A DNA stretch of 64,000 nucleotides from Planctomycetota bacterium (GCA_050248855.1 JBFWRP010000026.1:1-64000), one strand, 5' to 3'. Shown: positions 37,039 through 46,547, counted from the stretch's first letter. Numbers and translations are program-made. Notes: generated from the letters alone by a model not told the origin.

Positions 37039-37731
37039 TCAGTCGGGGACGCGAAGCGCCAGGCGGGCCGGCCACGGCGGCGGCAGGAGGGCGGGGCCCA
37101 GGCCCGCCACGCGTGGACGCAGCATCGCCACGGCAAGCACCGTGGCCTCGGCCGGGGGCGTGCGTACGCCGACCCGCTCGGCCACGCGCGCCAGGCGGCG
37201 GGCTATCTCGTCCGCCTCGCCGTAGCCCTCCGCATAGGCCGACGTCCGGAGCTGCGCGATGCGCGCGGCGAGTCCGGGCGCAGGCGCAGGGGCGTGGTGG
37301 GCCACCGTGGCCTCCAAGGCCGCCAAGTCGGCGTGCGCCAGGGCCTCCCGCCACGCCGCGCCCAACCCCGGTTCCCGCTCGAGGAGCCACGCGTCGAGCA
37401 GCACCTCGATGGCGACGTGGGCCAGGAAGCGCGGCTTGAAGCGGCGCTCGTCCGCCCCTTGCGGATGGACGGCGCGCAGGGCGGCGGTTCCCTCGCGCAG
37501 CAGCGCCTCGAAGGCCGGTTGCTGGTGGAACCAGCGGTCCTCGGCGTGGTGGATGCGCACACCACGCAAGACCTCGGCCCGAGCCGACCGATCCTCGCGG
37601 TCCGGCAGGCCCAGCGCACGCCCGCGCAGGCGACTTGCCGGAGCCAGGAGCGCCAGCCAGTCGGGCAGTGCCGTACCGGCGAGTCGGTCCGGGCGATCCA
37701 GCCAGCGGTGCCCGTGGGCCAAGAAGTTCAC
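37039..37731 (-). CDS. ACP phosphodiesterase (AcpH)-like protein
   Basis: MNFLAH..GTALPDW..GVRIHHAEDRWFH..AHVAIEVLLD. Confidence 0.75.
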   Translation of the reverse strand: MNFLAHGHRWLDRPDRLAGTALPDWLALLAPASRLRGRALGLPDREDRSARAEVLRGVRIHHAEDRWFHQQPAFEALLREGTAALRAVHPQGADERRFKPRFLAHVAIEVLLDAWLLEREPGLGAAWREALAHADLAALEATVAHHAPAPAPGLAARIAQLRTSAYAEGYGEADEIARRLARVAERVGVRTPPAEATVLAVAMLRPRVAGLGPALLPPPWPARLALRVPD

Positions 37732-37784
37732 CGCGGGGGACTCCTCGCGTCGGTCCCTCGTCCGACGCCCCCTATCCTGAGGGC

Positions 37785-38147
37785 ATGAAGCGCGAGCCGA
37801 TCACCTTCTTCTGGAAGAGCACCTGAAGCAGCTGCCGGCCCGCACGAGGTCTCGTGCACGGCCTCGTGCCGGACGTCCTGGACCGCGACTACGCCAAGGC
37901 CCCGCTCTCCAAGGCCGAGGCGGAGCAGATCGCCACCTGCACGCAGGACCGGCGGGACGTGCTCAACACGCGCCACAAGCACGTCAAGGCGAGCGGATGG
38001 CTGGAGAAGCCGCCCGGCAAGGCCGCCCTGGTGCAGGCCATCCTCGAAGACCCCAACGTGCTGCGCCGCCCCATCGTCCTGCGCGGCGCCCGGGGCCTCG
38101 CCTCGCGCGACGAAGCCGAGATCCGCACGTTCCTGGCCGGCGCGTGA
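37785..38147 (+). CDS. selenocysteine-containing ArsC/Spx-family thioredoxin-fold protein; TGA 37824-37826 = Sec14 in UxxC
   Basis: Readthrough gives ITFFWKST-U-SSCRPAR...RDY.K.PLS...P.VLRRPIV; TATCCT-N6-ATG; stop overlaps the next GTG; SECIS-like hairpin. Confidence 0.88.
37827..37862 (+). promoter_or_regulatory. putative bacterial SECIS element
   Basis: GCACGA-GGTC-TCGTGC upper stem-loop (37842-57) on a GCCG/CGGC lower stem (37834-37/37859-62). Confidence 0.8.
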
Positions 38148-39013
38148 GCGTGCGGCGGACCCGCGCCGTGCCGCTGGACGAGGCGCACCGCGGGGCGCTC
38201 CTCTCGTGGTTCGCGGCGCACCCGGACGTCACGCTCTTCCAGGCCGCCAACCTGGACCGTGCCGGCTTCCACGACGATGGGCGCGCGTACGGCGGCACCT
38301 GGGCCGGCCGCTACGACGGCGACCGTCTGGTGGCCGTCGCGCAGCACGCGTGGAACGGCATGGTGGTACTCGCCGGTGCGCCGGCGGACGTCGCCGAGGC
38401 GGCGCGTGCGGCCGTGGCGGCCTCCGCGCGAGCGGTCGCGGGCTTGGCGGGGCCCTGGACGAGCATCGTCGCCGCCGAGGAGACGGTTGCTCCGCCCGGC
38501 CAGCGGGGCGGCGGGAGGTTGCGCACCCGCGAAGTCCTCATGGCGCTGGAGCCGGAGGCGTGGCCACGGCCGTGCGCCGAGCTCGAGTCGGTTCGCAAGG
38601 CGGAGCCGCGAGACCTCGACGTGCTCGTCCCCTGGCGTCTGGCCTATGAGCACGAGGCACTCGCCGTGCCCGCGGCCCAGCTCGATCCGACGGCGGCGCG
38701 CGAGTCGCTCGAACGCGCTGCGGCGCGCGACGACCTCTACGTGCTGGACGAGGAGGGTCGGCTGGTGTCGACCACCGGCTTCAACGCGCGCACCCGCGAC
38801 GTCGTGCAGGTCGGGGGCGTCTTCACGCCCAAGGAGCTACGCGGACGCGGGTACGCGCGACGGGCCGTGGCCGGCTCCCTGCTCCATGCTGCGCGCGCCG
38901 GCGCCCGGCGCTGCGTCCTGTTCACCGACGAGGCGAATGCTGCCGCGCTGGCCTGCTACCGCCGTCTCGGCTTCCGGGAAACGGGCGAGTACGGGTTCAT
39001 CTTCTACGCCTGA
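38144..39013 (+). CDS. GNAT family N-acetyltransferase
   Basis: QVGGVFTPKELRGRGYA, N.AA.ACYRRLGF; GTGA overlap with the upstream stop. Confidence 0.92.
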   Translation: MSVRRTRAVPLDEAHRGALLSWFAAHPDVTLFQAANLDRAGFHDDGRAYGGTWAGRYDGDRLVAVAQHAWNGMVVLAGAPADVAEAARAAVAASARAVAGLAGPWTSIVAAEETVAPPGQRGGGRLRTREVLMALEPEAWPRPCAELESVRKAEPRDLDVLVPWRLAYEHEALAVPAAQLDPTAARESLERAAARDDLYVLDEEGRLVSTTGFNARTRDVVQVGGVFTPKELRGRGYARRAVAGSLLHAARAGARRCVLFTDEANAAALACYRRLGFRETGEYGFIFYA

Positions 39014-39057
39014 CGTCCCGGTACGCGGGGTCCCCGGGGCGCGCTAGGCTGCGCGTC

Positions 39058-40284
39058 ATGACGACGACGCATCGCACGAGCGCGCTTGTCCCGGGCCGTC
39101 GCGGACGCTCGGGGGACGATCCGATCTTCGCCCTGCACGCCGAGGCCACGCGGCGACGGGCCGCGGGCGAACAGGTCGTCAACGCGACCCTGGGCGCCCT
39201 GCTCGACGAGGACGGCGCGTTGCTGGTCTTGCCGACGGCCGCGCGCGCCGTGCGCGAGGTCGGGGTCGAGGACCATGCCGCCTACGCGCCCATCGCCGGG
39301 ACACCGGCGTTCCTGGAGGCCGTTCGCGCGGACGTCCTCGGCGTCGACGCCAGCCAAGCCGCTGCCGTGGCCACGCCGGGCGGCTCGGGGGCGTTGCGGC
39401 ACGCGATCGCCACCTTCCTGGAGCCCGGTCAGGCCTTGCTCACGGGATCGTGGTTCTGGGGCCCCTACCGCACGCTGGCCGACGAGAACGAGCGGGGCCT
39501 CGTCACGTTCCGCTTGTTCACCGAGGACCTGGCCTTCGACGTGGACGCGCTGGACGAAGCGCTCGGCAGCGTCATCACGCGCCAGGGCCGGGCCTTGCTC
39601 ATCCTCAACGACCCCTGCCACAACCCCACCGGCTACTCCATGTCGCCGGGGGAGTGGAGCGCCGTGGCCGAGGTGGTCCGCAAGCACGCGACCACGGCCC
39701 CGGTGGCGGTGGTCCTGGACAACGCCTACGCGGCGTACGGCCCGGCGGCGGGCATGGACGCTGCGCTCGCGGCCCTCTGCGGCCTCGCCGACGTGGCCAC
39801 CGTCATGGTGGCGTGGTCCGCCAGCAAGTCGTTCACCCACTACGGCCTCCGCGTCGGCGCCCTGGTCGTGCTGGAACACGACGAGGCCGAACGGCGCGAG
39901 ATCCAAGCCGCCTTGACCCACGCGTGCCGCGGCACTTGGTCCAACGTCAACCGCGGCGGCCTCGTGGCCATCACGCGGCTTCTCGTGGACCCGACGATGC
40001 GAGCGGCGGTCGATGCCGAGCGCGCGCGCGCCGTGGCTCTCCTGGGCCGGCGCGTCGCGGCGTTCAACGAAGCCGCGGGTGCGGCAGGGCTGCGCTGGCC
40101 GCGCTACGACGGCGGGTTCTTCACCACGGTGTTCGCCCAGGACGCGCCGGCGGCGGCGGCCCGCCTGCGCGAGCGGGGCGTGTACGTGGTTCCGCTGCCC
40201 GGCGCGTTGCGCCTCGGCATCTGCGCGCTCTCGGTCGCCGAGGTCCAGCCGACCGTCGCGGCCCTGGCCGAGGCGATCACGTAG
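39058..40284 (+). CDS. class I/II PLP aminotransferase (aspartate aminotransferase-like)
   Basis: NATLG, TPGGSGAL, NDPCHNPTG, DNAY, SASKSFTHYGLRVG. Confidence 0.92.
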   Translation: MTTTHRTSALVPGRRGRSGDDPIFALHAEATRRRAAGEQVVNATLGALLDEDGALLVLPTAARAVREVGVEDHAAYAPIAGTPAFLEAVRADVLGVDASQAAAVATPGGSGALRHAIATFLEPGQALLTGSWFWGPYRTLADENERGLVTFRLFTEDLAFDVDALDEALGSVITRQGRALLILNDPCHNPTGYSMSPGEWSAVAEVVRKHATTAPVAVVLDNAYAAYGPAAGMDAALAALCGLADVATVMVAWSASKSFTHYGLRVGALVVLEHDEAERREIQAALTHACRGTWSNVNRGGLVAITRLLVDPTMRAAVDAERARAVALLGRRVAAFNEAAGAAGLRWPRYDGGFFTTVFAQDAPAAAARLRERGVYVVPLPGALRLGICALSVAEVQPTVAALAEAIT

Positions 40285-40954
40285 TCCTCCACCGCCGGAG
40301 GCGCCCGCGGCCCAGGAACCCCCGTACGCGCAGCAGCTCGGCATGGTCGGGTACCCCGACGTCGAGCGGGACACGTTCGATGCGCGGGTCGCGCGGGTCG
40401 AAGGGCAAGTCGGGAGCGGCGCGGAACAGCTCCGGCCACTCGCGCACCGGGCAGCTGACGAAGATGCGCGCCGGGGGACCGTGCTGCTCCCACCACGCCC
40501 GCACGCGTGCACCGAGCTCTTCGCGCAACAGCTCGGCGTTGCGGAGCCTGAGCCGCGAGCCGAAGCGGCTCTTGCCCTTGGTCTTGAGATGCGTGGGCTG
40601 GGCCTTGCCGCGACCCCGGACGACGTAGCGCTTCCAGGCCTTGTGGGCCAGCAGCGTGTCGTCGCGCCACACGCCGGCGGACACCGCACCCGCCTGGACG
40701 AGGAGCACCATGTGCAGTCCGGGCGCATGCGGCAGCTCCGCCCGCCAGCGGGCGAGCGTGCTTCCCTCGACGGGGCGGCCCAGCACGAGCGGCACCTCCA
40801 GCTCGAGGCGGTCGCCCGAAGCGGGATCCAGGCCGCGGAAGCGCCCGCCGGCGGTGGCCGGCTCGAACGCGAAGGCGGACGCCCAGGCAGCGAGCCGCTC
40901 GCCGGCCTCGGCCCACGTGAACCGGAGGGTCTCGTCAGGGGGGCCGTCGCGCAC
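40277..40954 (-). CDS. VLRF1 (Vms1/ANKZF1-like release factor, bVLRF1-type) protein
   Basis: HKAWKRYVVRGRGKAQPTHLKTKGKSRFGSRLRLRN; GGAGG before the GTG at 40954. Confidence 0.8.
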   Translation of the reverse strand: MRDGPPDETLRFTWAEAGERLAAWASAFAFEPATAGGRFRGLDPASGDRLELEVPLVLGRPVEGSTLARWRAELPHAPGLHMVLLVQAGAVSAGVWRDDTLLAHKAWKRYVVRGRGKAQPTHLKTKGKSRFGSRLRLRNAELLREELGARVRAWWEQHGPPARIFVSCPVREWPELFRAAPDLPFDPRDPRIERVPLDVGVPDHAELLRVRGFLGRGRLRRWRTT

Positions 40955-41372
40955 CGGGACCTCCGTCCGATCCGATCTTCGCCCGCGCCCGCAGCGCTTG
41001 CTTGCGATCGTCGGGGGGCGTGGGTAGGGTCCGCCCGTCATGAACCGCTCCGCAACCCCGTATCGACCGCTCGCGACGGCACTCCCGTCGTGGCTCCGGG
41101 GCTCTGCTGCGGAGGCCGGTTGTGGCAAGGCGCAGGCGCCTGCTCGAACGAGCGCGATGTGCCGGTTTGCACGACAGCGCGATGCCGCGGGGCCTGATGG
41201 CGTCTGCCCTGGCATCACGATCGTCGTGACCCGCGGCTAGCGCGACCACGACGCCTCCCTCGGGAGGCCCCCTTCCGGAAGTCGTGTTCGTCGAGTGGCC
41301 TCTCTCTCGCGCAGGTTGCGCTCTCCCGCTTTGCCTTCGTCCCTTCCATCCTGTTTCGCTCCGAGGTGTTCC

Positions 41373-43184
41373 ATGGGCTCGACCGCCCCCCCGCCCCCCA
41401 CCCGACCCGCCATCGCCCGCCAGCGCGACACGCTCGCGCGCATGGTGGCCCGCTTCCGTCCGCTCCAGGTCCCGTCGCTGGTGGTGCTCACGCTCCTGCT
41501 GGCACGAACGGCGGCCGAGATCGGTCAACCGTGGCTCGTGGCCAGCGCGATGCAGCTCCTGGCCGAGCCGGCCGCCAAGACCTCGGGCGTGGTCCCGGAG
41601 GCCTTCCGCACGACGCTCCTCTTGCTGGCGGGCGTGATGGTGGCCAAGCAGGTCCTGTTCTACGCAGCGCACGTCGGCGCTTCGCGGATCGGTCAGGATC
41701 TCGAGAACGGGCTGCGCGCCGACCTGTTCGACAAGGTGCTCGCGCTCCGCTTCCGCTACCACGACGAGAATCGAAGTGGTGAGACGATCGCGCGTGCCCT
41801 GCGCGACATGGAGCAGGCCAAGCTCTTCTACCGCGAGGTCTGGTTCGGCTACCTCCAGCTGGCCCTCTTGCTGGTCGCCGCGTTGATCGCGATCGCGTGG
41901 CAGCACCCCGTCTACCTGCTGGCCATCGTCCCGATCTACACGGTGGCGCTCGGCGCCGCTTTCGGCCTGGGTCGGCGCGTAGGCGACGTCGACCGCGAGG
42001 TCTGCGACGAGTACGACGGCGTCTGCACCGTGCTCACCGAGAACGTGGCCGGTGCACGCGTCGTGCGCGCCTTCGGGCGCGAGCGGGAGCAGACCTCGCG
42101 CTTCGGCAGTCGACTGGACGCGTACAGCAGCGGCTGGGCGCGGCTCGAGTCGCTCTGGACCGGCGTCATGCCGCTCGTCAACCACCTCTACCCCTTGGCC
42201 CTGGCGGGCTGCCTGGGCCTGGGCGCCTGGCGCATGCTCGCGCACGACGCCCCGCTGCAGGAGGTCTTGATGGTCCTCTTCTGTGCGCGCTTGGTGCAGT
42301 CGCGCATCCGTCCCGTGATGCGCCTCGTCATCGGCGGCCAGAAGGCCGTGGCCAGCGCCAGCCGCGTGTTCGAGGTCCTGGATCGGGAGGAGATCTTCGA
42401 GGCACCGGCGGTGGCCCCGGCAGCCCCTCCGGGGGCCGGTGAGGTGGTGTTCGAGGACGTGCACTTCGCCCACCGTCCGGGCACCCCCATTCTGGCCGGC
42501 GTCTCGCTGCGCGTTCCCGCGGGCTCGTCGTTGGGCTTGATCGGCCCGACCGGCGCCGGCAAGTCCACGCTCGTGCACCTGCTCCCGCGCTTCTACGACC
42601 CCGACCGCGGTCACGTGCGCATCGACGGCGTGGACGTGAAGGACTGGGACGTCGACGCGCTGCGGGCCAGCGTGGCCCTCGTGTTCCAGGAGCCGTTCCT
42701 GTTCTCGGACACGGTGGCGGGGAACGTGGCCTACGGGCAGCGCCACGTCGATCCGGACGATGTCGCACGCGCCACGCGGATCGCCGAGGCGCACGACTTC
42801 GTGCAGGGGCTGCCCGAGGCGTACGAGACCGTCGTGGGCGAGCGCGGCGTGAGCCTCTCCGGCGGCCAGCGCCAGCGCCTGACCGTGGCGCGTGCGTTGG
42901 CCTGCAAGCCGCGGGTCCTCGTGCTGGACGACGCGACGGCGAGCTTGGACGCCGTCACCGAACGGCGGCTGTTCGACGGTCTCGAGGCCGAGGCCAAGAC
43001 CACCGTCATCGTGATCAGCCAGCGCGTGCCCTCGGTGCGTTGGTGCGATCGCATCGCCGTGATGGACGGAGGCCGGATCACGGCCGTCGGGACCCACGAC
43101 GAGCTGCTCGCCTCGAGCGAGCTGTACCGGGAGATCGACAAGCACCAGCGCCTCGTCGGCGCGACGGTGGGAGATGCGCCATGA
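41373..43184 (+). CDS. ABC exporter half-transporter (TMD-NBD), MdlA/TmrB-like
   Basis: GPTGAGKS, LSGGQRQR, Walker B VLDD (non-canonical), switch SQR (Q for H). Confidence 0.95.
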   Translation: MGSTAPPPPTRPAIARQRDTLARMVARFRPLQVPSLVVLTLLLARTAAEIGQPWLVASAMQLLAEPAAKTSGVVPEAFRTTLLLLAGVMVAKQVLFYAAHVGASRIGQDLENGLRADLFDKVLALRFRYHDENRSGETIARALRDMEQAKLFYREVWFGYLQLALLLVAALIAIAWQHPVYLLAIVPIYTVALGAAFGLGRRVGDVDREVCDEYDGVCTVLTENVAGARVVRAFGREREQTSRFGSRLDAYSSGWARLESLWTGVMPLVNHLYPLALAGCLGLGAWRMLAHDAPLQEVLMVLFCARLVQSRIRPVMRLVIGGQKAVASASRVFEVLDREEIFEAPAVAPAAPPGAGEVVFEDVHFAHRPGTPILAGVSLRVPAGSSLGLIGPTGAGKSTLVHLLPRFYDPDRGHVRIDGVDVKDWDVDALRASVALVFQEPFLFSDTVAGNVAYGQRHVDPDDVARATRIAEAHDFVQGLPEAYETVVGERGVSLSGGQRQRLTVARALACKPRVLVLDDATASLDAVTERRLFDGLEAEAKTTVIVISQRVPSVRWCDRIAVMDGGRITAVGTHDELLASSELYREIDKHQRLVGATVGDAP

Positions 43185-44983
43185 GCGCCGACCTGGACCT
43201 CGAAGAAGAGCTGGCCCGCACCCCGCTGCAGCGCGCGACGCTGAAGCGTCTGCTCGGCTACGCGGCGCCCCACCGGAGAGCCCTGGCCCTGGTCATGGGC
43301 CTGGAGGCCGTGTGGGTCGTGAGCATGCTCGTGGAGCCCGCCCTCGTGCGGGCGCTGGTGGACGGACCGCTGCAGCGGCAGGCCGACGGCTCGTTCGCCG
43401 CGGGCGCGGCCGGCGTGGCGGCCGTGCTGCTGGGCGTGTTCGTCGTGAACATCGTCGTGCGCGCGCTCACCACCCGTTGGGAGCTCAGGACCAGCACGCG
43501 CGTCGGCGTGAAGGTGATCGATCGCCTGCGCCGCGACGTGTTCGCCCACGTCCAGCGATTGAGCATGCGCTACTTCGACCGCACGAAGCAGGGGCGCATC
43601 ATCGCCCGCGTCGATCGCGACGTGGACAACCTGGAGCACCTGGTGTTCTGGGGTCCGATCCTGATCACGATGATGGTGCTGAGCTTCATCTTCGGGACGA
43701 TCATGCTGGTCGTCCTCAACGGGAAGCTGGCGCTGTACCTGCTGGCCGGTGTGCCGCTCACGTGGCTCTTGAGCCGCTTCTTCCACCGCCTGGGCTTCCC
43801 CGCCTACCGTCGCATCCGCGAGACGCACTCGGCGATCTCGGCCCACGTCGCCGAGACGATCCAGGGCGTGCGCGTGGTGCAGGCGTTCGGGCAGGAGCAC
43901 CGCGAAGCGGGGCGCCTTGCGGATCTGCAGCGTGCCTACCGCGGCGCCGTGCTGCACGGCGCGCGCATCGCGGGCGCCTACCTGCCGTCGCTGGGCCTCG
44001 TGTTCCAGATCGTGACGGTCGCCATCCTGCTGGCGGGCGCCGGTCCCGTGGCCCGCGGGGAGATCCCGCTGGGCGAGCTGATCCAGTTCGAGCTGATGCT
44101 GGGCTTCATCCTGGGGCCCGTGGAGATGCTGGGCGGGTTCTACAACGAGTGCCTCGTCGCGGGCGCGGCGGCCGAGCGGATCTTCCTGCTGCTCGACACG
44201 GAGCCCGAAGTCGTGGACCGGCCCGACGCCATCGACCCGGGACGCCTGAAGGGCCACGTGGTCTTCGACCGCGTCGGCTTCCGCTACGACCCCAAGGCAA
44301 CCGGAGCCCGCCAGCTGGAGAACGTCTCGTTCGACGTCGCGCCGGGCGAGACCATCGCCCTCGTGGGGCCCACGGGGGCCGGCAAGACCAGCGTGATCAA
44401 CCTCCTGGCGCGCTTCTACGAGCCGCAAGAAGGCGAGATCCGCCTGGACGGCCACGAGATCCGCGACCTCCGGATGGAGGCGCTGCACCAGCAGATGGGC
44501 ATCGTGCTGCAGTCGAGCTTCCTGTTCGACGGGACCGTGCTCGACAACCTGCGCTTCGCGCGACCGGACCTCACGCCCGAGCAGGCCGCCGAGGGCTTCG
44601 AGCGCCTGGGCTGCGCCCACGTGCTCCAGCAGCTGCCCGACGGGCTCCTGACGGGCGTGGGCGAGCGCGGGGCCAACCTGGCCGAGGGCGAGCGCCAGAT
44701 CGTGTGCTTCGTGCGCGCGTGGCTGGCGGAGCCGTCGATCCTGATCCTCGACGAGGCCACGAGCGCGGTCGACACGCGAACCGAGGCGCTGTTGCTGGGG
44801 GCGCTTCGGCGCCTGACGAGGCGGCAGACCACGGTCGTGATCGCCCACCGCCTCAGCACGGTCCGCGAAGCCGACCGCATCCTGGTCCTCGACCACGGCC
44901 GCGTCGTCGAACAAGGGACGCACGAGCAGCTGCTCGCACGCGGGGGCGCCTACGCGCGCCTCTACGCGCACTACGCCGCATGA
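43181..44983 (+). CDS. ABC exporter half-transporter (TMD-NBD), MdlB/TmrA-like
   Basis: GPTGAGKT, degenerate signature LAEGERQ, ILDEAT, AHR; ATGA overlap. Confidence 0.95.
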   Translation: MSADLDLEEELARTPLQRATLKRLLGYAAPHRRALALVMGLEAVWVVSMLVEPALVRALVDGPLQRQADGSFAAGAAGVAAVLLGVFVVNIVVRALTTRWELRTSTRVGVKVIDRLRRDVFAHVQRLSMRYFDRTKQGRIIARVDRDVDNLEHLVFWGPILITMMVLSFIFGTIMLVVLNGKLALYLLAGVPLTWLLSRFFHRLGFPAYRRIRETHSAISAHVAETIQGVRVVQAFGQEHREAGRLADLQRAYRGAVLHGARIAGAYLPSLGLVFQIVTVAILLAGAGPVARGEIPLGELIQFELMLGFILGPVEMLGGFYNECLVAGAAAERIFLLLDTEPEVVDRPDAIDPGRLKGHVVFDRVGFRYDPKATGARQLENVSFDVAPGETIALVGPTGAGKTSVINLLARFYEPQEGEIRLDGHEIRDLRMEALHQQMGIVLQSSFLFDGTVLDNLRFARPDLTPEQAAEGFERLGCAHVLQQLPDGLLTGVGERGANLAEGERQIVCFVRAWLAEPSILILDEATSAVDTRTEALLLGALRRLTRRQTTVVIAHRLSTVREADRILVLDHGRVVEQGTHEQLLARGGAYARLYAHYAA

Positions 44984-44988
44984 GACGA

Positions 44989-45114
44989 GGTGGCGGGGAT
45001 TTCTTCCGCAGCTTCCAGGCGCGCCATGGTGGCGGGGATTTCTTTCGCAGCTTGCCGCGGCAACCCTTCCCACCCGGATGCACCGATCGGCAAGCTGCGG
45101 AAGAATTCCCCGCC
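44989..45114. repeat. REP/BIME-like cluster: two direct copies and one inverted copy of GGCGGGGA(T/A)TTCTT(C/T)CGCAGCTT
   Basis: Copies at 44989-45014 and 45028-45057, inverted at 45088-45114; lies between convergent genes. Confidence 0.85.
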
Positions 45115-45142
45115 TCCGTACGGCCTTTCCGGCCTCCCCGCG

Positions 45143-46150
45143 TCAGCGCCGCGCGCGTTGGAGGACCTGGCCCGTCGTGGCGAAGTGCATCTTCGCCACG
45201 GCGGGCAACACGTCGGGCCCGAAGGCGCGCACGAGATCGACGCCGGCGCGGAGCACCGGCGGGCCGGCGCCGGGCGGGAACGAGGCGCCGTGCTCGTGGG
45301 CCAGCTCGTCGAGGCCGTCCAGGAACGCCGCGCGCGCCAGCAGGCTCGCCGCGGCCACGGCGGGATCGGCCTCCGCGCGCGGTCGCGTGACCAGACGCGT
45401 GCCGCGCGGCAGGTCCAGCGCGGAGGACAGCTCGCGGTCGTTGGTGGCGAAGCGGTCCACCAAGACCACCGCAGGCAGGGGCCGTCCGGCCTCGGCCTCG
45501 GCCGCCATCACGTCGCGGATGCACTGCGCATGCAGGCGTGCCAGCAGCACGTTGAGGTTGCCGATGCGCGCGTACTGTTCGTTGTAGGCACGCGGCGCCA
45601 GCGAGCGCGTGGCGTGGCCGCCGAGCGCCTCGATGCGCCCGGCGAGCAAGCGCGCCCGGCTGTCGGCGACCTTCTTGCTGTCGTCCACGCCCAGGGCACG
45701 CAGCGCGGCGACGCGCTCTTCGTCCACGGCCACGGCGGCGACCACGAGCGGGCCCAGCCAGTCGCCCTTGCCGCTCTCGTCCGCACCGATGCGCGGCAGG
45801 CCCACGCCGAACGGGTCGGACGCCGGGCCGGTCGCCGGCGCCGCGTCGCCCGGGCCGGAGAGCCCCACGTCCGCGGCCAGCAGCTCACCGTCGCGCCCGC
45901 CGGGTACGAGGCGCAAGCCCTTCTTGCCGAGGTAGACGTTCAGCACGGCCGCCGCGCCGGCACGCTCGAAGCGCATCAGGCGACCGTAGGGAATCGACCG
46001 CGCTTCGATGACCTGCCAGCCCGCGGCGCGGGCATTGGCTTCGATCTCGCGGCAATGCTGGTCGAGCGTGGCCAGGTTGGCCGCCGCGTCAGGGCTGCTC
46101 GGCGTCCGGCGCGCTGCCGTCCTGGCCCGCTTCGTCGGTGCCCGCTGCAT
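45143..46150 (-). CDS. rnhC: ribonuclease HIII
   Basis: IGADESGKGD.LGPL, GVDDSKK, VDRF, AVAAASLLAR, AKMHF; N-terminal extension; start uncertain. Confidence 0.88.
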   Translation of the reverse strand: MQRAPTKRARTAARRTPSSPDAAANLATLDQHCREIEANARAAGWQVIEARSIPYGRLMRFERAGAAAVLNVYLGKKGLRLVPGGRDGELLAADVGLSGPGDAAPATGPASDPFGVGLPRIGADESGKGDWLGPLVVAAVAVDEERVAALRALGVDDSKKVADSRARLLAGRIEALGGHATRSLAPRAYNEQYARIGNLNVLLARLHAQCIRDVMAAEAEAGRPLPAVVLVDRFATNDRELSSALDLPRGTRLVTRPRAEADPAVAAASLLARAAFLDGLDELAHEHGASFPPGAGPPVLRAGVDLVRAFGPDVLPAVAKMHFATTGQVLQRARR

Positions 46151-46547
46151 CCGCCCCTGCGAGCGCCTCGTGCACGTGGTCCGTACCCTCGGGGTGGGCT
46201 TCGCCCTTGGCGCACGCTTCGCAGCGGCAGGCCGGGCCCCTCTTCACGACGCCGGCCGCGATGTCCCCGATGATGCGGTCCACTTCGCTGCCGCCCAGGC
46301 CGCGGGCCTTGGCGCGCTCCTCGACGAGGCGGGAGAGCGCGAGGTCCACGGCGGCCTTGTCCGGGGCGGGCTTCCCGTCGATCCAGCCCGTGCCGCAGGC
46401 CTCGCACCAGAGCGTCTCACCCGCTCGGCCGGCTTCGCAGAGACACCCCGCGGGCGTCGCGTCGTCGGCTCCGCAGGCGGAGAGGCCGAGCGCGGCCACG
46501 AGCGCCACCAGCGCGAGGGCCAGGACGGGGAGTCGCACGAGGATCAT
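46089..46547 (-). CDS. Cys-rich lipoprotein
   Basis: Lipobox LSAC; CLC, CEAC, CRCEAC and HPEGTDHVH; TAGCAT-N7-ATG. Confidence 0.75.
   Translation of the reverse strand: MILVRLPVLALALVALVAALGLSACGADDATPAGCLCEAGRAGETLWCEACGTGWIDGKPAPDKAAVDLALSRLVEERAKARGLGGSEVDRIIGDIAAGVVKRGPACRCEACAKGEAHPEGTDHVHEALAGADAAGTDEAGQDGSAPDAEQP

Noticed and set aside
41150..41215. CTGATGGCGTCTGC resembling the 3' end of a fluoride riboswitch upstream of the ABC pair
   Set aside because: No matching 5' GGCGATGG-type segment able to form the pseudoknot, and the downstream genes are not fluoride-related.
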